This document shows, in pieces, positions 15,255-25,560 of a stretch of 64,000 nucleotides of DNA. Under the pieces are notes generated by a model. That model worked only from the letters and a program-made list of their open reading frames with translations, searched no databases and was not told the origin of the DNA. Every line of letters starts with the position of its first letter. Position 1 is the stretch's first letter. Source of the DNA: a virus (Duplodnaviria; Caudoviricetes); IMG/VR virus record IMGVR_UViG_3300027656_000007, positions 1 to 64,000 of that record; one strand, written 5' to 3'. The translations under genes were made by a program, and so were the position numbers.

Positions 15255-18134
15255 ATGGCAAATGCATACACCCCAGAAGAAATCGCAGAACTCAAAGCAC
15301 GAGAAGCAGATGAGATAAAACGCTTTGGTAAAGCCACAGTCGAAACCAGAATGGCTCTGATAGACATGGCTGTGGGTGCCAAAGGCGCCACAGCCGCAAT
15401 GACCAAAGGATTCAATAGTCTAGGTACATCGGCACTGGGTCTTACCAAACAACTGTACGACGGGGAAGTTGGCGCCAGTGTGTTCAACAAAAGCATTGGC
15501 GGTGTCACTGACGCATTGGGCGATCTAGTTGGATTGATTCCTTATGTGGGCGGCGCTCTTAAAACACTGGTAAAGGGTGCCAGTGAGTACACACAAGCTG
15601 TAAACAAACAAGCAGATTTACTATACAGTAATTATCAACGCATGTCCGAAATGGGTGCTGCTGGCGCCAAAGGCATGCAAGGAGTTTATGATAATTTAAA
15701 ACGCATGAACTACGGTACTGAAGAACTGGACAAGTTTGTTAGTATTGTTAAAGAAAATTCTCAGACGCTGGCACATTTTGGTGGCACAGCAACCCAAGGA
15801 CTTGATCAAATTTCCAGTGTGGCACAAGCCATACAGCAGAGTAATCTTGGGACAGAATTCCGCAACATGGGTATCAGTGTTGACGAAATCAACAAAGGTA
15901 TTGCTGGTTTTACAAAAATGCAATCTCTCTACGGCACACGCCAGAGAATGACTTCTGAAGAACAGGCCGCAGCAGCTTCTAATTACATTAGAGAAATAGA
16001 CTTGCTGGCCAAAATTACTGGCAAAAATAGAGAACAGCAACAGGCGCTGGAAGAAAGCGCCATGGCAGAAGAACGTTTTGCTGGCTACAGACAAGAATTA
16101 AAAAAACGTGCAGAAATGGGTGACCTTGCTGCCGCAGAACAAATAAAGACAGTTGACGCTACGCAAAAATGGCTAGGAGACCAAGCACCCGAAACACGCA
16201 AAGGTTTCTTGAATATCTTGTCTGGAACACTAGACACCCCTGAAGCAAAGAAACTACTGCTGACCATGCCTGAAGCAGCCGCAGTAGCAAGTAAAAAGAT
16301 GTTCTCTGTTACAGAATTTCAGACAGCAATGTTGTCTGATCTAAAAAGAAACGAAGACGCTGCAAATCAAATGGCACAAGTGGGTGTCAACGATTCAACT
16401 TTTCTCAAGTACACTGAACAATTAAGGTTGCGTGCAAATCTTGAAGGCGGCCTCATGGACGAACGCCTGAAGCAAGCCAAACAAGAACAAAAAGTCAATG
16501 ACCAAGGCACTAAGGATATAACCAAGATTCAAGAAGAAAATCGCAAATCACGTGATAATCTTCAAGATCTTGTCAACGCAGGCATACCCAAGGTCACCGC
16601 AGGCATGAAAGGGCTAGCCACTGCTACTGACAAAACCATTGATACAATGACCAAAGCGGCTGAAAAATTAGGGGTCAGCGTTAAAAAGAGAGACGAATCT
16701 GCACCACCTGCTGTTGCTCCTCGAGCTGCTGCTCCACCACCTGCCGCACCTGCACCTGCCGCACCTGCACCTGCCGCACCTGCACCTGTTGCTGCCACGC
16801 CTGCACCTGCCGCACCTGCACCTGCCGCACCTGCACCTGCCGCGCCTGTTGCTGCCGCGCCTGTTGCTGCCGCGCCTGTCGCTGCCGCTGCCGCACCACC
16901 TGCTGCTCCTAAGGCTGCTGCTGCCCCTGTTGCTGCCGCTGCCGCACCACCTGCCCCTGTTGCTGCCGCTGCCGCACCACCTGCACCTGCTGCTACTCCT
17001 CGGGCCGCTGCTGCTCCTGCTGCTGCTACTCCTCGGGCCGCTGCTGCTCCTGCTGCTGCCGCACCTCAGGCTGCCGCACCTATATCGATACCAAGCGGAG
17101 GAGGTACTGCTGCTCCTGCCGCACCTACCACAGGAAAAAAAGTAGCAGAAAACAAAGAAGGCAAAAAAGAAAAAGTATCTATGTCTGGCAACGCAGGCAA
17201 ACTAGCTGATGAATTAGAAAAATATGGCATCACAAATGCGCTGGCAAAGAGGGCAATTATTCAAACGGCTGCCAAGGAATCAGGACTGAATCCACAGGCT
17301 AAAGAATCTGGAGCAACTGCTTATTTGGCTACACTAGCCAACAGAGGATTAGATTATATTTGGAAAGTTTTCCCGCAACTAAAACCTGGCGGTAGAGTAG
17401 CAAAAGAAAAAGGATTTGAAAAAACCGGAGTTCCGGCCAGTGCGTTAAACGAAGCCTGGAGCAAAGGAGATCAGTCATTCTTTGACTATGTTTATGGTGG
17501 ATTAAGTACAAATAAAAATCCTGGAGATGCTTACAAATATCGTGGACGTGGTTTTATTCAATTAACAGGTAGATCGGTCTACGACAAAGTTGGAAAAGAA
17601 GTAGGTAAAGATTTTGTAAACGATCCTGACCAAGTGGCCACAGATTTTAATTCATCTGCCGCTGCTCTAGCAGGCTACATGTTTATGACCCGGGGAGGCA
17701 AAGCCAATGCATTGAAAGATCTAAATTCAATGACTGATCCAAACGAGGCTTTGAAATATGCATTACACACTGTTGCTGGATTGGGACATAAAAAATCAGA
17801 TTTTGATGTAGCAGGTTCAAATTTGCAAGAACAATTTAAAAAAGCATCAGCGTATGGTTCTTTAGCAAATGAAGCAGTACCAGCTCAGTTTCAGGCCAAG
17901 AACGGCGGCATAGTGCCGGCCTTGCCAGGTGGTGTTAATGTGTTGGCAGGTGAAGCTGGTCAAAACGAAGCAGTGGTGCCCTTGCCCAACGGCAAATCAA
18001 TACCGATAGAAACTGCTAAAAATACCGAACAAATGGATGTGATGTTTGCACAGCTGGGCCGAATGGATGAGTTGATACGCATAATGCAGAACCAATTGGG
18101 CGTGTCAGAGAAGTTATTGAAGTATGCACAGTAA
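15255..18134 (+). CDS. Tape measure protein with Pro/Ala linker and C-terminal GH19-like lytic domain
   Basis: Long helical Ala/Gln/Glu-rich N-terminal half; AAKESG and GDAYKYRGRGFIQLTGR (GH19 signature); C-terminal GEAG..EAVVPLP motif. Confidence 0.8.
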   Translation: MANAYTPEEIAELKAREADEIKRFGKATVETRMALIDMAVGAKGATAAMTKGFNSLGTSALGLTKQLYDGEVGASVFNKSIGGVTDALGDLVGLIPYVGGALKTLVKGASEYTQAVNKQADLLYSNYQRMSEMGAAGAKGMQGVYDNLKRMNYGTEELDKFVSIVKENSQTLAHFGGTATQGLDQISSVAQAIQQSNLGTEFRNMGISVDEINKGIAGFTKMQSLYGTRQRMTSEEQAAAASNYIREIDLLAKITGKNREQQQALEESAMAEERFAGYRQELKKRAEMGDLAAAEQIKTVDATQKWLGDQAPETRKGFLNILSGTLDTPEAKKLLLTMPEAAAVASKKMFSVTEFQTAMLSDLKRNEDAANQMAQVGVNDSTFLKYTEQLRLRANLEGGLMDERLKQAKQEQKVNDQGTKDITKIQEENRKSRDNLQDLVNAGIPKVTAGMKGLATATDKTIDTMTKAAEKLGVSVKKRDESAPPAVAPRAAAPPPAAPAPAAPAPAAPAPVAATPAPAAPAPAAPAPAAPVAAAPVAAAPVAAAAAPPAAPKAAAAPVAAAAAPPAPVAAAAAPPAPAATPRAAAAPAAATPRAAAAPAAAAPQAAAPISIPSGGGTAAPAAPTTGKKVAENKEGKKEKVSMSGNAGKLADELEKYGITNALAKRAIIQTAAKESGLNPQAKESGATAYLATLANRGLDYIWKVFPQLKPGGRVAKEKGFEKTGVPASALNEAWSKGDQSFFDYVYGGLSTNKNPGDAYKYRGRGFIQLTGRSVYDKVGKEVGKDFVNDPDQVATDFNSSAAALAGYMFMTRGGKANALKDLNSMTDPNEALKYALHTVAGLGHKKSDFDVAGSNLQEQFKKASAYGSLANEAVPAQFQAKNGGIVPALPGGVNVLAGEAGQNEAVVPLPNGKSIPIETAKNTEQMDVMFAQLGRMDELIRIMQNQLGVSEKLLKYAQ
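16701..17125 (+). repeat. Pro/Ala low-complexity linker built from short tandem units (e.g. gcacctgccgcacct)
   Basis: Encodes APAAPAPAAPAP...; directly visible. Confidence 0.9.
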
Positions 18135-18171
18135 TCACGGTAAATATTGTGTATGCTAAAGGAAATAGTAA

Positions 18172-19995
18172 ATGGCTGATTCATCAGTGAGAAACGGTAG
18201 AAATGGCGGCTGGCGCAAGTATTTTAAAGTGGCCGCAGGTGACGCTAATGGTCAACTGAGTCCGATATCAGGTCGCGGTCAATTTGGCATGCCCGGTTAC
18301 GATCGACAAAACGGCTATACCAACAACACCGGCACTGGAAATGACTTTGCATTTCGCAACTATGCCAGCAGACTGCCGGAAGTGTACTCAGGCCATCCCA
18401 ACCGTATTGAACGTTATAATCAGTACGAAAACATGGATCTTGACAGTGAAGTCAATGCCTGCTTGGACATCATTGCAGAATTCAGCACACAGAACAATAC
18501 CGACAACAACACTCCTTTTGACATCACATTCAAAGAAACGCCTACAGACCACGAAGTAGAAATTATTAAAAAACAGTTGCAACAATGGACCAAGCTGAAC
18601 AAGCTGGATCAGCGCATGTTCAAACTGTTCCGCAATACCATCAAGTACGGCGATCAACTGTTTGTACGTGACCCAGAAACATTTGAAATGTACTGGGTCG
18701 ACATGGTTAAGGTCAGTAGAGTGATTGTGAATGAAAGCGAAGGTAAGCGTCCTGAACAGTACATCATTCGTGACATCAACCCAAACTTTCAAAATCTCAG
18801 CATTGCACAAAAAACCACCAGCGACTACTATGTAAGCCGTAGTACTGGCAGCACAGGACAAACCAACTACTCCAGTCCCAGTGGTGGTGCAGGTGGTGGC
18901 GCCGGCGGCACAGTAGGCAACAGCAGATTTGCACAGGCCATGAACGAAACCTGCGTTGATGCCAAGCACGTGGTGCATTTGAGTCTAAACGAAGGACTTG
19001 ATTACTTCTGGCCGTTTGGACAGAGTATCCTGGAAAACATCTTTAAGGTCTACAAGCAGAAAGAACTTCTGGAAGATTCGGTATTGATCTATCGTGTGAG
19101 TCGTGCGCCTGAGCGCAGAGTGTTCAAGATTGACGTGGGCAACATGCCCAGCCACATGGCCATGGCCTTTGTGGAACGTGTAAAAAACGAAATGCATCAG
19201 CGCAGAATTCCCACAGTGAACGGTGGCGGTGCAAACCTGATGGATGCTGCCTACAATCCACTCAGCATCAACGAAGACTACTTTTTCCCACAAACAGCTG
19301 ATGGTCGCGGTTCTAGCGTAGACACCTTGCCCGGCGGTACAGGACTGGGCGAAATTGACGATTTGAAGTACTTCAACAACAAAATGGCCCGTGGACTGCG
19401 TGTGCCCAGCAGTTACTTGCCCACCGGCCCTGACGACAGTGACCGTGCAATGAACGACGGAAAAGTTGGCACAGCACTGATACAAGAGTATAGATTCAAC
19501 CAATATTGCGAACGTTTACAGCGTTTAATCATGCAGAAGCTGGATGATGAATTCAAGATGTTCATGAAATGGCGTGGATTCAATATTGACAACGGTATTT
19601 TTGACGTGGTGTTGGGTCCTCCGCAGAACTTTGCCAGCTATCGTCAAGCCGAAATGGACACCAGTAGAGTTGGCACATTCAGCACACTGGAGCAGTTGCC
19701 CTACATGAGCAAGCGTTTCTTGATGGAACGTTATCTAGGCTTAAGTCAAGAAGAAATTGTGGAAAACGAAAAACTCTGGAAAGAAGAGCGCGATCAGCCT
19801 GAGCTCAGCACAACTCAAGGACAGGATCTGCGTAGTATTGGTATTACCCCAGCAGGTATGGAAGCAGACATTACCACCGGTGAAGAACTTGCAGCCATGC
19901 CGCCAGCTGGTGCTGCTGATCCCGGTGCCATACCTGGTGCACCGCCTGGGCCTGGCACAGCACCCACAGCCGTTCCTCCGCCACCAACGGCATAA
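18172..19995 (+). CDS. gp20: Portal protein, T4 gp20-like
   Basis: LLEDSVLIYRVSRAPERRVFKIDVGNMP, NEDYFFP...GRGSSVDTLPGG, YFNNKMARGLRVP. Confidence 0.95.
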   Translation: MADSSVRNGRNGGWRKYFKVAAGDANGQLSPISGRGQFGMPGYDRQNGYTNNTGTGNDFAFRNYASRLPEVYSGHPNRIERYNQYENMDLDSEVNACLDIIAEFSTQNNTDNNTPFDITFKETPTDHEVEIIKKQLQQWTKLNKLDQRMFKLFRNTIKYGDQLFVRDPETFEMYWVDMVKVSRVIVNESEGKRPEQYIIRDINPNFQNLSIAQKTTSDYYVSRSTGSTGQTNYSSPSGGAGGGAGGTVGNSRFAQAMNETCVDAKHVVHLSLNEGLDYFWPFGQSILENIFKVYKQKELLEDSVLIYRVSRAPERRVFKIDVGNMPSHMAMAFVERVKNEMHQRRIPTVNGGGANLMDAAYNPLSINEDYFFPQTADGRGSSVDTLPGGTGLGEIDDLKYFNNKMARGLRVPSSYLPTGPDDSDRAMNDGKVGTALIQEYRFNQYCERLQRLIMQKLDDEFKMFMKWRGFNIDNGIFDVVLGPPQNFASYRQAEMDTSRVGTFSTLEQLPYMSKRFLMERYLGLSQEEIVENEKLWKEERDQPELSTTQGQDLRSIGITPAGMEADITTGEELAAMPPAGAADPGAIPGAPPGPGTAPTAVPPPPTA

Positions 19996-20003
19996 ATACC
20001 TGT

Positions 20004-20225
20004 ATGATTCTAAACGAACTTTACCAGCGTGAACCCGAAGGCTATCAAGATGTTGCGCAAGACAACAGCCAGCCTCAAAAAGGTCAGCTGCGCAAAACTC
20101 GTTTGACACTAAGACAACTAAATAAACTGCGTCAGATGAACGACGTAAGAACATTTGAGTACAAAGAAAAACTCAAAGACATTCGCAAGCAGTATGCTCC
20201 CCCGGCCGCCCCTCCTGGCCTTTGA
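20004..20225 (+). CDS. Small basic head-module protein
   Basis: 73 aa (RKTRLTLRQLNKLR) between portal and core genes; CATAAATA 19991-98 lies 5 nt upstream. Confidence 0.75.
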   Translation: MILNELYQREPEGYQDVAQDNSQPQKGQLRKTRLTLRQLNKLRQMNDVRTFEYKEKLKDIRKQYAPPAAPPGL

Positions 20226-20333
20226 CCCTGTCATAAATTAGTCAAATATACCATATTTGACGCTTAAATATGCTCATATTACTATTTTTATGTAAGTAAT
20301 ACACATGAGCCATAACCTTTTGGAGGAAACAAT

Positions 20334-21083
20334 ATGACATCAAAATTTGAACAGTTAATTGAATTTGTAATTAACGACGAAGAAGCAAAAGCTAGAGAAC
20401 TTTTCCATGACATCGTAGTTGAGAAATCTCGCGAAATCTACGAAAGTTTGATGGACGAGGAAGAAGTTGACGAAAGTGTTGAAAACGACGGCGATGCAGC
20501 CGACGATTTGATTACTGACGTTGAAACTGAAGAAGAAGGCATGAACGAAGAAGACGACATGGATGCTGAGTTTGACGACGAAGCAGAAGAAGCCGGTGAT
20601 GATCTTACTAAAGACATCGAAGGTGACAGTGACGCAGGTTCAGGCGAAGACAACATTGAAGACCGCGTGGTTGATCTTGAAGACAAGCTAGACGAACTAA
20701 TGGCTGAATTTGAAGCCATGATGGGCGGCGAAGGCGGCGAAGAAGAACAAGAATTTGACATGGATGCTGGCGGCGACGCTATCGAGATGGACGACACATC
20801 TGAAATTATGCCAGAAATGGGCATGATGGAAGCTGTAAGTTTGACCAAAGTGGCTCCTGCTAAAATGGGCGACAACGGTGCCAACACCAAAAGTATAGTG
20901 CCACATAACTCAGGTGCAAAAGGTATGGCTGCAAGTCCAGTTAAAATGACTGGTGACACTGCACAAGGTCGTCCTGCTCCATCTGTAAAAGACATGGGCA
21001 TGACAACCAGTCCCAAGCAAGGTGCTGCACCCAAGCCAGTGACAACACAGGCCGCAGGCGTAAACACTAAATCTCCAGTCTAA
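20334..21083 (+). CDS. Acidic prohead core protein (gp67/gp68-like position)
   Basis: Very Asp/Glu-rich 249 aa; GGAGG SD; between portal and protease. Confidence 0.7.
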   Translation: MTSKFEQLIEFVINDEEAKARELFHDIVVEKSREIYESLMDEEEVDESVENDGDAADDLITDVETEEEGMNEEDDMDAEFDDEAEEAGDDLTKDIEGDSDAGSGEDNIEDRVVDLEDKLDELMAEFEAMMGGEGGEEEQEFDMDAGGDAIEMDDTSEIMPEMGMMEAVSLTKVAPAKMGDNGANTKSIVPHNSGAKGMAASPVKMTGDTAQGRPAPSVKDMGMTTSPKQGAAPKPVTTQAAGVNTKSPV

Positions 21084-21089
21084 GAGATT

Positions 21090-21737
21090 ATGGCTCGTTA
21101 TCTACAAGAACACTTGACATTCTCACAAGCGCAGGTAAAACTGCTGAGTGAGGATGCTCCTGATGGTTCTGGTAAAACCCTTTATATGGAAGGGATTTGC
21201 ATTGAAGGCGATAAACGCAATGCAAATGAAAGAATATACCCTGCTCACGAAATTCGTAAAGCAGTTGGCACTATTAATGAACAACTTAAAAGTGGCAATT
21301 CGGTATTGGGAGAAGTAGATCATCCGGATGATCTTAAAATTAACCTAGACCGTGTGAGTCACATGATTGATAAAATGTGGTGCGACGGTGCTATCGGTTA
21401 TGGAAAATTAAAGATATTACCAACACCAATGGGTCAACTGGTCAAAACCATGTTGGACAGCGGTGTTAGATTAGGTGTTTCAAGTCGTGGATCCGGAAAC
21501 GTCGACGACAGGACAGGACATGTCAGTGATTTTGAAATAGTCACTGTAGATGTAGTTGCACAACCTAGTGCTCCAAATGCATATCCCACAGCAATCTATG
21601 AAGGCCTCATGAACATGAAGTACGGACATAGATTATTGGAAGTGGCACGTGAAGCCGGCGCGGACAACAAGGTACAAAGATATTTGAAAAGTGAAGTAGT
21701 AAAGCTGATCAAAGATCTTAAAATAAGGGAGGAATAA
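21090..21737 (+). CDS. gp21: Prohead core protease, T4 gp21-like
   Basis: NANERIYP, LGEVDHP, GVSSRGSG, TVDVVAQPSAPNAY. Confidence 0.95.
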   Translation: MARYLQEHLTFSQAQVKLLSEDAPDGSGKTLYMEGICIEGDKRNANERIYPAHEIRKAVGTINEQLKSGNSVLGEVDHPDDLKINLDRVSHMIDKMWCDGAIGYGKLKILPTPMGQLVKTMLDSGVRLGVSSRGSGNVDDRTGHVSDFEIVTVDVVAQPSAPNAYPTAIYEGLMNMKYGHRLLEVAREAGADNKVQRYLKSEVVKLIKDLKIREE

Positions 21738-21739
21738 GC

Positions 21740-22840
21740 ATGTTAGATGCTATTAAACCGTTACTTGATAGCGACTTGATCACCGAGGAAACTCGTCAAG
21801 AGATCAACGAAGCTTGGGAAGCCAAGCTGGTTGAAGCTCGTGAACAAGCTCGTGCAGAACTACGTGAAGAGTTTGCACAACGCTATGAACATGACAAAAC
21901 AGTGATGGTGGAAGCCCTGGATCGTATGGTAACAGATGGTCTCTCCGCAGAGATTCAAACTCTTGCAGCTGAAAAAGCGCAATTAGTTGAAGACCGCGTT
22001 AAGTTTCAACGCAAGATGAATGAAAGTGCTACAAAGTTCAACAACTTTATGGTCACCAAACTTGCTGAAGAAATTAGCGAACTGCGCAAAGACCGCAAGC
22101 AGCACAATGAAGGACTAGAAAAACTAGAAGGCTTTATTGTGCATGCTTTGGCTCGTGAAATTCAAGAATTCGCAACCGACAAACGTGATGTTGTAGAAAC
22201 AAAAGTTCGTTTGGTTCGCGAAGCACGTAGTCAACTGGAAGCATTGAAAGCGCGATTTGTAACAGAATCTGCACAGAAAATGAGTCAAGCTGTTAGCCGT
22301 CATCTAAAGGCCGAACTTGGTCAATTACAAGAAGACATCCGAGTTGCTCGTGAGAACAATTTTGGCCGTCGAATCTTTGAAGCATATGCAAGTGAATTTG
22401 GTGCTACCTATCTCAATGAGAAAGCAGAAGTACGTAAACTACACAACACAATTGCACAAAAAGATGCAAAATTGTCCGAAGCCATCAAACTTATTAAGAA
22501 TGTAAAAGTTCTTAACGAGTCAAAAGAGCGTGAAATACGAATGATCAAAGAGTCCAACCAACGTGCAAACGTGATGGACGAATTGTTGTCTCCTCTTAAC
22601 AAAGAGAAGCAAGATGTCATGCGTAATTTACTCGAAAGCGTACAAACATCACGTTTGAAAAACGCATTTGAAAAGTATCTTCCAGCTGTTCTAACCGACC
22701 GCTCTGTGAAAGCCTCAAAAGTAATCACAGAATCCGTGTCCACAGTCACTGGCGATAAATCTGCCCGTAGCCAATTTGAAGACGACAGTGCTGACAACAG
22801 CAACGTTATCGACATCAAGCGTTTGGCAGGGTTAAATTAA
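21740..22840 (+). CDS. gp22: Prohead scaffolding protein, T4 gp22-like
   Basis: Coiled-coil 366 aa between protease and major capsid gene; GGAGG SD. Confidence 0.85.
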   Translation: MLDAIKPLLDSDLITEETRQEINEAWEAKLVEAREQARAELREEFAQRYEHDKTVMVEALDRMVTDGLSAEIQTLAAEKAQLVEDRVKFQRKMNESATKFNNFMVTKLAEEISELRKDRKQHNEGLEKLEGFIVHALAREIQEFATDKRDVVETKVRLVREARSQLEALKARFVTESAQKMSQAVSRHLKAELGQLQEDIRVARENNFGRRIFEAYASEFGATYLNEKAEVRKLHNTIAQKDAKLSEAIKLIKNVKVLNESKEREIRMIKESNQRANVMDELLSPLNKEKQDVMRNLLESVQTSRLKNAFEKYLPAVLTDRSVKASKVITESVSTVTGDKSARSQFEDDSADNSNVIDIKRLAGLN

Positions 22841-22858
22841 TTTTAAAGGAGACATTAA

Positions 22859-24055
22859 ATGTCACAACAATTATTAGAAGGTCGCTGGGACGAGACCAAG
22901 GAAGCACTGCTTGAAGGTCTAAACGGTTCTAAGCGCACCAGTATGAACGTTATTCTTGAGAATACACGTAAGTACTTGAAAGAAAACGCAAGTGCTGGTT
23001 CCACAGCCGCTGGCAACATCGCTACATTAAACCGTGTGATTCTGCCAGTTATTCGTCGTGTAATGCCAACAGTTATCGCTAACGAGTTGGTAGGCGTTCA
23101 GCCAATGACAGGCCCAGTTGGTCAAATTCACACTCTACGTGTGCGTTACGCTGGTAACTTAACTGATAACTCAGCAGCCGCAACCAGCGTCACAGCTGGT
23201 CAAGAAGCATTGAGTCCATTCACCATTGCTACTGCATACTCTACAGTTGGCAAAGACACAACAAGCACATCTTCTTACACAGGCGCTAACACAGCAACGC
23301 TTGAAGGTAACGGCGGTAAGCAAATTTCCGTACAGATCTTGAAGCAAGCAGTTGAAGCCAAGACACGTAAGTTGCAAGCTCGTTGGACATTTGAATCTGC
23401 ACAAGACGCACAAGCCATGCACGGCATTGACGTTGAAGCAGAAATCATGGCTGCACTGGCACAAGAAATTACAGCTGAAATTGACCAAGAGATTCTCTTG
23501 AGTTTGAGCACATTGGCTGCTGTTGAGTACACATACAACCAAGCTACCGTTAGTGGTACTGCTACGTTTGTGGGTGACGAACACGCTGCTTTGGCAGTGT
23601 TGATCAACCGCACAGCTAACTTGATTGCTCAGCGTACACGTCGTGGCGCTGGTAACTGGGCTGTTGTAAGTCCAGCTGCATTGACAGTGTTGCAAAGTGC
23701 AACTACTAGTGCGTTTGCTCGCACTACAGAAGGCACATTCGAAGCACCAACAAACACCAAGTTTGTCGGTACATTGAACGGCGCAATGCGTGTGTTTGTT
23801 AACAGCTACGCTAGCGACACTGCTAACGTGCTAGTTGGCTACAAAGGTACTAGTGAGGCTGATGCAGCCGCATTCTATTGCCCATACATTCCTCTAATGA
23901 GTAGTGGTGTTGTTCTTGACCCAACTACATTCGAACCAGTCGTGTCATTTATGACTCGTTATGGCTTCGTAGAGTTGACAAACACTGCAAGTTCGTTCGG
24001 TAACGCTGCTGACTACGTTGGCGAGATTGCTGTTCAAAACTTGTCATTCAGTTAA
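22859..24055 (+). CDS. gp23: Major capsid protein, T4 gp23-like
   Basis: VIRRVMP..IANELVGVQPMTGPVGQIHTLR, TRKLQARWT.E.AQD, EITAEIDQE, FYCPYIPL, MTRYG. Confidence 0.97.
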   Translation: MSQQLLEGRWDETKEALLEGLNGSKRTSMNVILENTRKYLKENASAGSTAAGNIATLNRVILPVIRRVMPTVIANELVGVQPMTGPVGQIHTLRVRYAGNLTDNSAAATSVTAGQEALSPFTIATAYSTVGKDTTSTSSYTGANTATLEGNGGKQISVQILKQAVEAKTRKLQARWTFESAQDAQAMHGIDVEAEIMAALAQEITAEIDQEILLSLSTLAAVEYTYNQATVSGTATFVGDEHAALAVLINRTANLIAQRTRRGAGNWAVVSPAALTVLQSATTSAFARTTEGTFEAPTNTKFVGTLNGAMRVFVNSYASDTANVLVGYKGTSEADAAAFYCPYIPLMSSGVVLDPTTFEPVVSFMTRYGFVELTNTASSFGNAADYVGEIAVQNLSFS

Positions 24056-24089
24056 TATTTTATTCATCTCAGGGATGGGAAGAAGCAAG

Positions 24090-24112
24090 AAAGCGCCGCA
24101 AGGCGCTTTTTT
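24090..24112 (+). terminator. Intrinsic terminator after the major capsid gene
   Basis: AAAGCGCC-GCAA-GGCGCTTT followed by a T-run. Confidence 0.9.
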
Positions 24113-24131
24113 GTTGAGTATAAATATTGAT

Positions 24132-24266
24132 ATGATAGCACAAATAAAATATTCAGGACTATTCCCAGAGCGACACCCAAGCCCGATCGGTACCACACTA
24201 GGATTACCACAACCCAAACCTGTGGCACCAGTGGTGCCTGTACAACTGCAACCTGTTAAATCTTAA
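24132..24266 (+). CDS. 44-aa Pro-rich small protein
   Basis: TATAAATA 24119-26 then 5 nt then ATG; MIAQIKYSGLFPERHPSPIGTTLGLPQPKPVAPVVPVQLQPVKS. Confidence 0.55.
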   Translation: MIAQIKYSGLFPERHPSPIGTTLGLPQPKPVAPVVPVQLQPVKS

Positions 24267-25416
24267 ACAGTTTCAAGTGTAGACGGATTTTTTCAACTAC
24301 ACTAGCCCAGTCACCTATTTTGGGTTGACGGAACAATCTAGCAGTGGCATACCAAGGTGTGTCATCTCTATTCAGTAACCAGCGCCAGCACGGTGCATAG
24401 TTGTTCAGCATGATCCATGTGGGCTTGCCCAGCGCAGCGGCAAGATGTGCAGCAGCCGTGTCCACACTTACAACCACATCAAGATTTGCGACCAATGCGG
24501 CTGTGTCTGCAAAGTGTTTTACACCACCAGGGAAACAGCGTACTCCTGCTGACACTAGTTGTTCTTCTTCTTCGGCAGTGCAATCCGCTTGTAGGTTGTA
24601 CCATTCATAATCAGGATTTGATTTAATCAAGGTCATCATGGTCTCGAACGGCATGGATTTGTGTTGATTGATCCAACTGTCTCTGCGACCTGACCAAGCA
24701 AATCCCACACGTAGTTTCAGTTTGGCTCCTAGATTCCTGCGCCAATCTGCAACCAATGCAGGATTGGGGTTTAAATATTGAATAATAGTGGGCAAGTTAT
24801 CCACACGCACATTCAGCTTGCCGGGCAAGCTCATCATTGGCACCCAGTAATCAAAGGTGTCGCCTGGGTTCTCAGCATAGCTGATTACTCGAACACCACG
24901 ACCCAATTCGCTGGACTGTATTAACGGAATCATTGCATCGGTTACCTGTACTGTCACAGTGGCTCCGATGTTTTTTAAGTTCTGTACAAAACGCACAAAC
25001 TGGATGATATCACCGTGACCTTGTTCACCGCGAACAAAAATTGTTTTGTCTTTGAGATCTTCGCCCTGCCACACCGGCCACGGATAATTGGGTATCGTGC
25101 CGCGAAGATGCTCAAAATTGTGCCGCGCTTCGTAGGCCGGCCATCCTCTCACATAATCTCCGCTGGCCAGGTACGCAACTGACAAATTAAAATGGTGTGT
25201 TATGTTGCTGGCATCCAGTTGAATGGCTCGCTGTAAAAATGGAATAGCACCCACAGGATCACCAATTTCACGCAAGACATTGCCGTAGTTGTTGAATGCG
25301 CCAGCTGACCCACGGTCGTTGGTCAGTGCGATTGCGTACTGTTGTAGGGCCTGTTCGGGCAGGTGTTGTTCTCTATAGGCATTGCCTTGAGCAATGAGTT
25401 GTTCTGTGTTTTGCAT
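24256..25416 (-). CDS. TPR-repeat protein with GT-B (GT9-like) glycosyltransferase domain
   Basis: N-terminal TPR-type helices (AFNNYGNVL, HFNLSVAYL); GEQGHGDIIQFVRF, VGFAWSG, DTAALVANLDVVVSVDTAAAHLAAALGKP. Confidence 0.8.
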   Translation of the reverse strand: MQNTEQLIAQGNAYREQHLPEQALQQYAIALTNDRGSAGAFNNYGNVLREIGDPVGAIPFLQRAIQLDASNITHHFNLSVAYLASGDYVRGWPAYEARHNFEHLRGTIPNYPWPVWQGEDLKDKTIFVRGEQGHGDIIQFVRFVQNLKNIGATVTVQVTDAMIPLIQSSELGRGVRVISYAENPGDTFDYWVPMMSLPGKLNVRVDNLPTIIQYLNPNPALVADWRRNLGAKLKLRVGFAWSGRRDSWINQHKSMPFETMMTLIKSNPDYEWYNLQADCTAEEEEQLVSAGVRCFPGGVKHFADTAALVANLDVVVSVDTAAAHLAAALGKPTWIMLNNYAPCWRWLLNRDDTPWYATARLFRQPKIGDWASVVEKIRLHLKLFKI

Positions 25417-25476
25417 GACAATATTTACATGTTATTCAGCAGGCATTAAAATATCATGACTGCATAAATACTTGTC

Positions 25477-25560
25477 AACGCAATCATGCGTTTTATGCAG
25501 GCTTAAGACCCCTGCGTAGCGGCTAGAACCCGCATCGGACTTCTTTAAGGAGAAAACAAA
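25477..25560 (+). promoter_or_regulatory. Structured 5' leader (three hairpins, loops complementary to SD-proximal sequence)
   Basis: Follows CATAAATA 25463-70; stems 25477-82/87-92, 25495-501/511-17, 25519-22/30-33. Confidence 0.55.

Noticed and set aside
14393-15508. 371-aa version of the gp26-like ORF and 968-aa version of the tape measure ORF
   Set aside because: The upstream extensions overlap each other head to head; SD and promoter evidence supports starts at 15229 and 15255.
16562-17145. Alternative-frame ORFs rich in Leu/His/Pro or Gln/Arg/Val in the tape measure gene
   Set aside because: Out-of-frame and antisense readings of the Pro/Ala repeat tract.
20438-21067. Ser-rich 209-aa antisense ORF in the prohead core gene
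   Set aside because: Complement of Asp/Glu codons; no expression signals.
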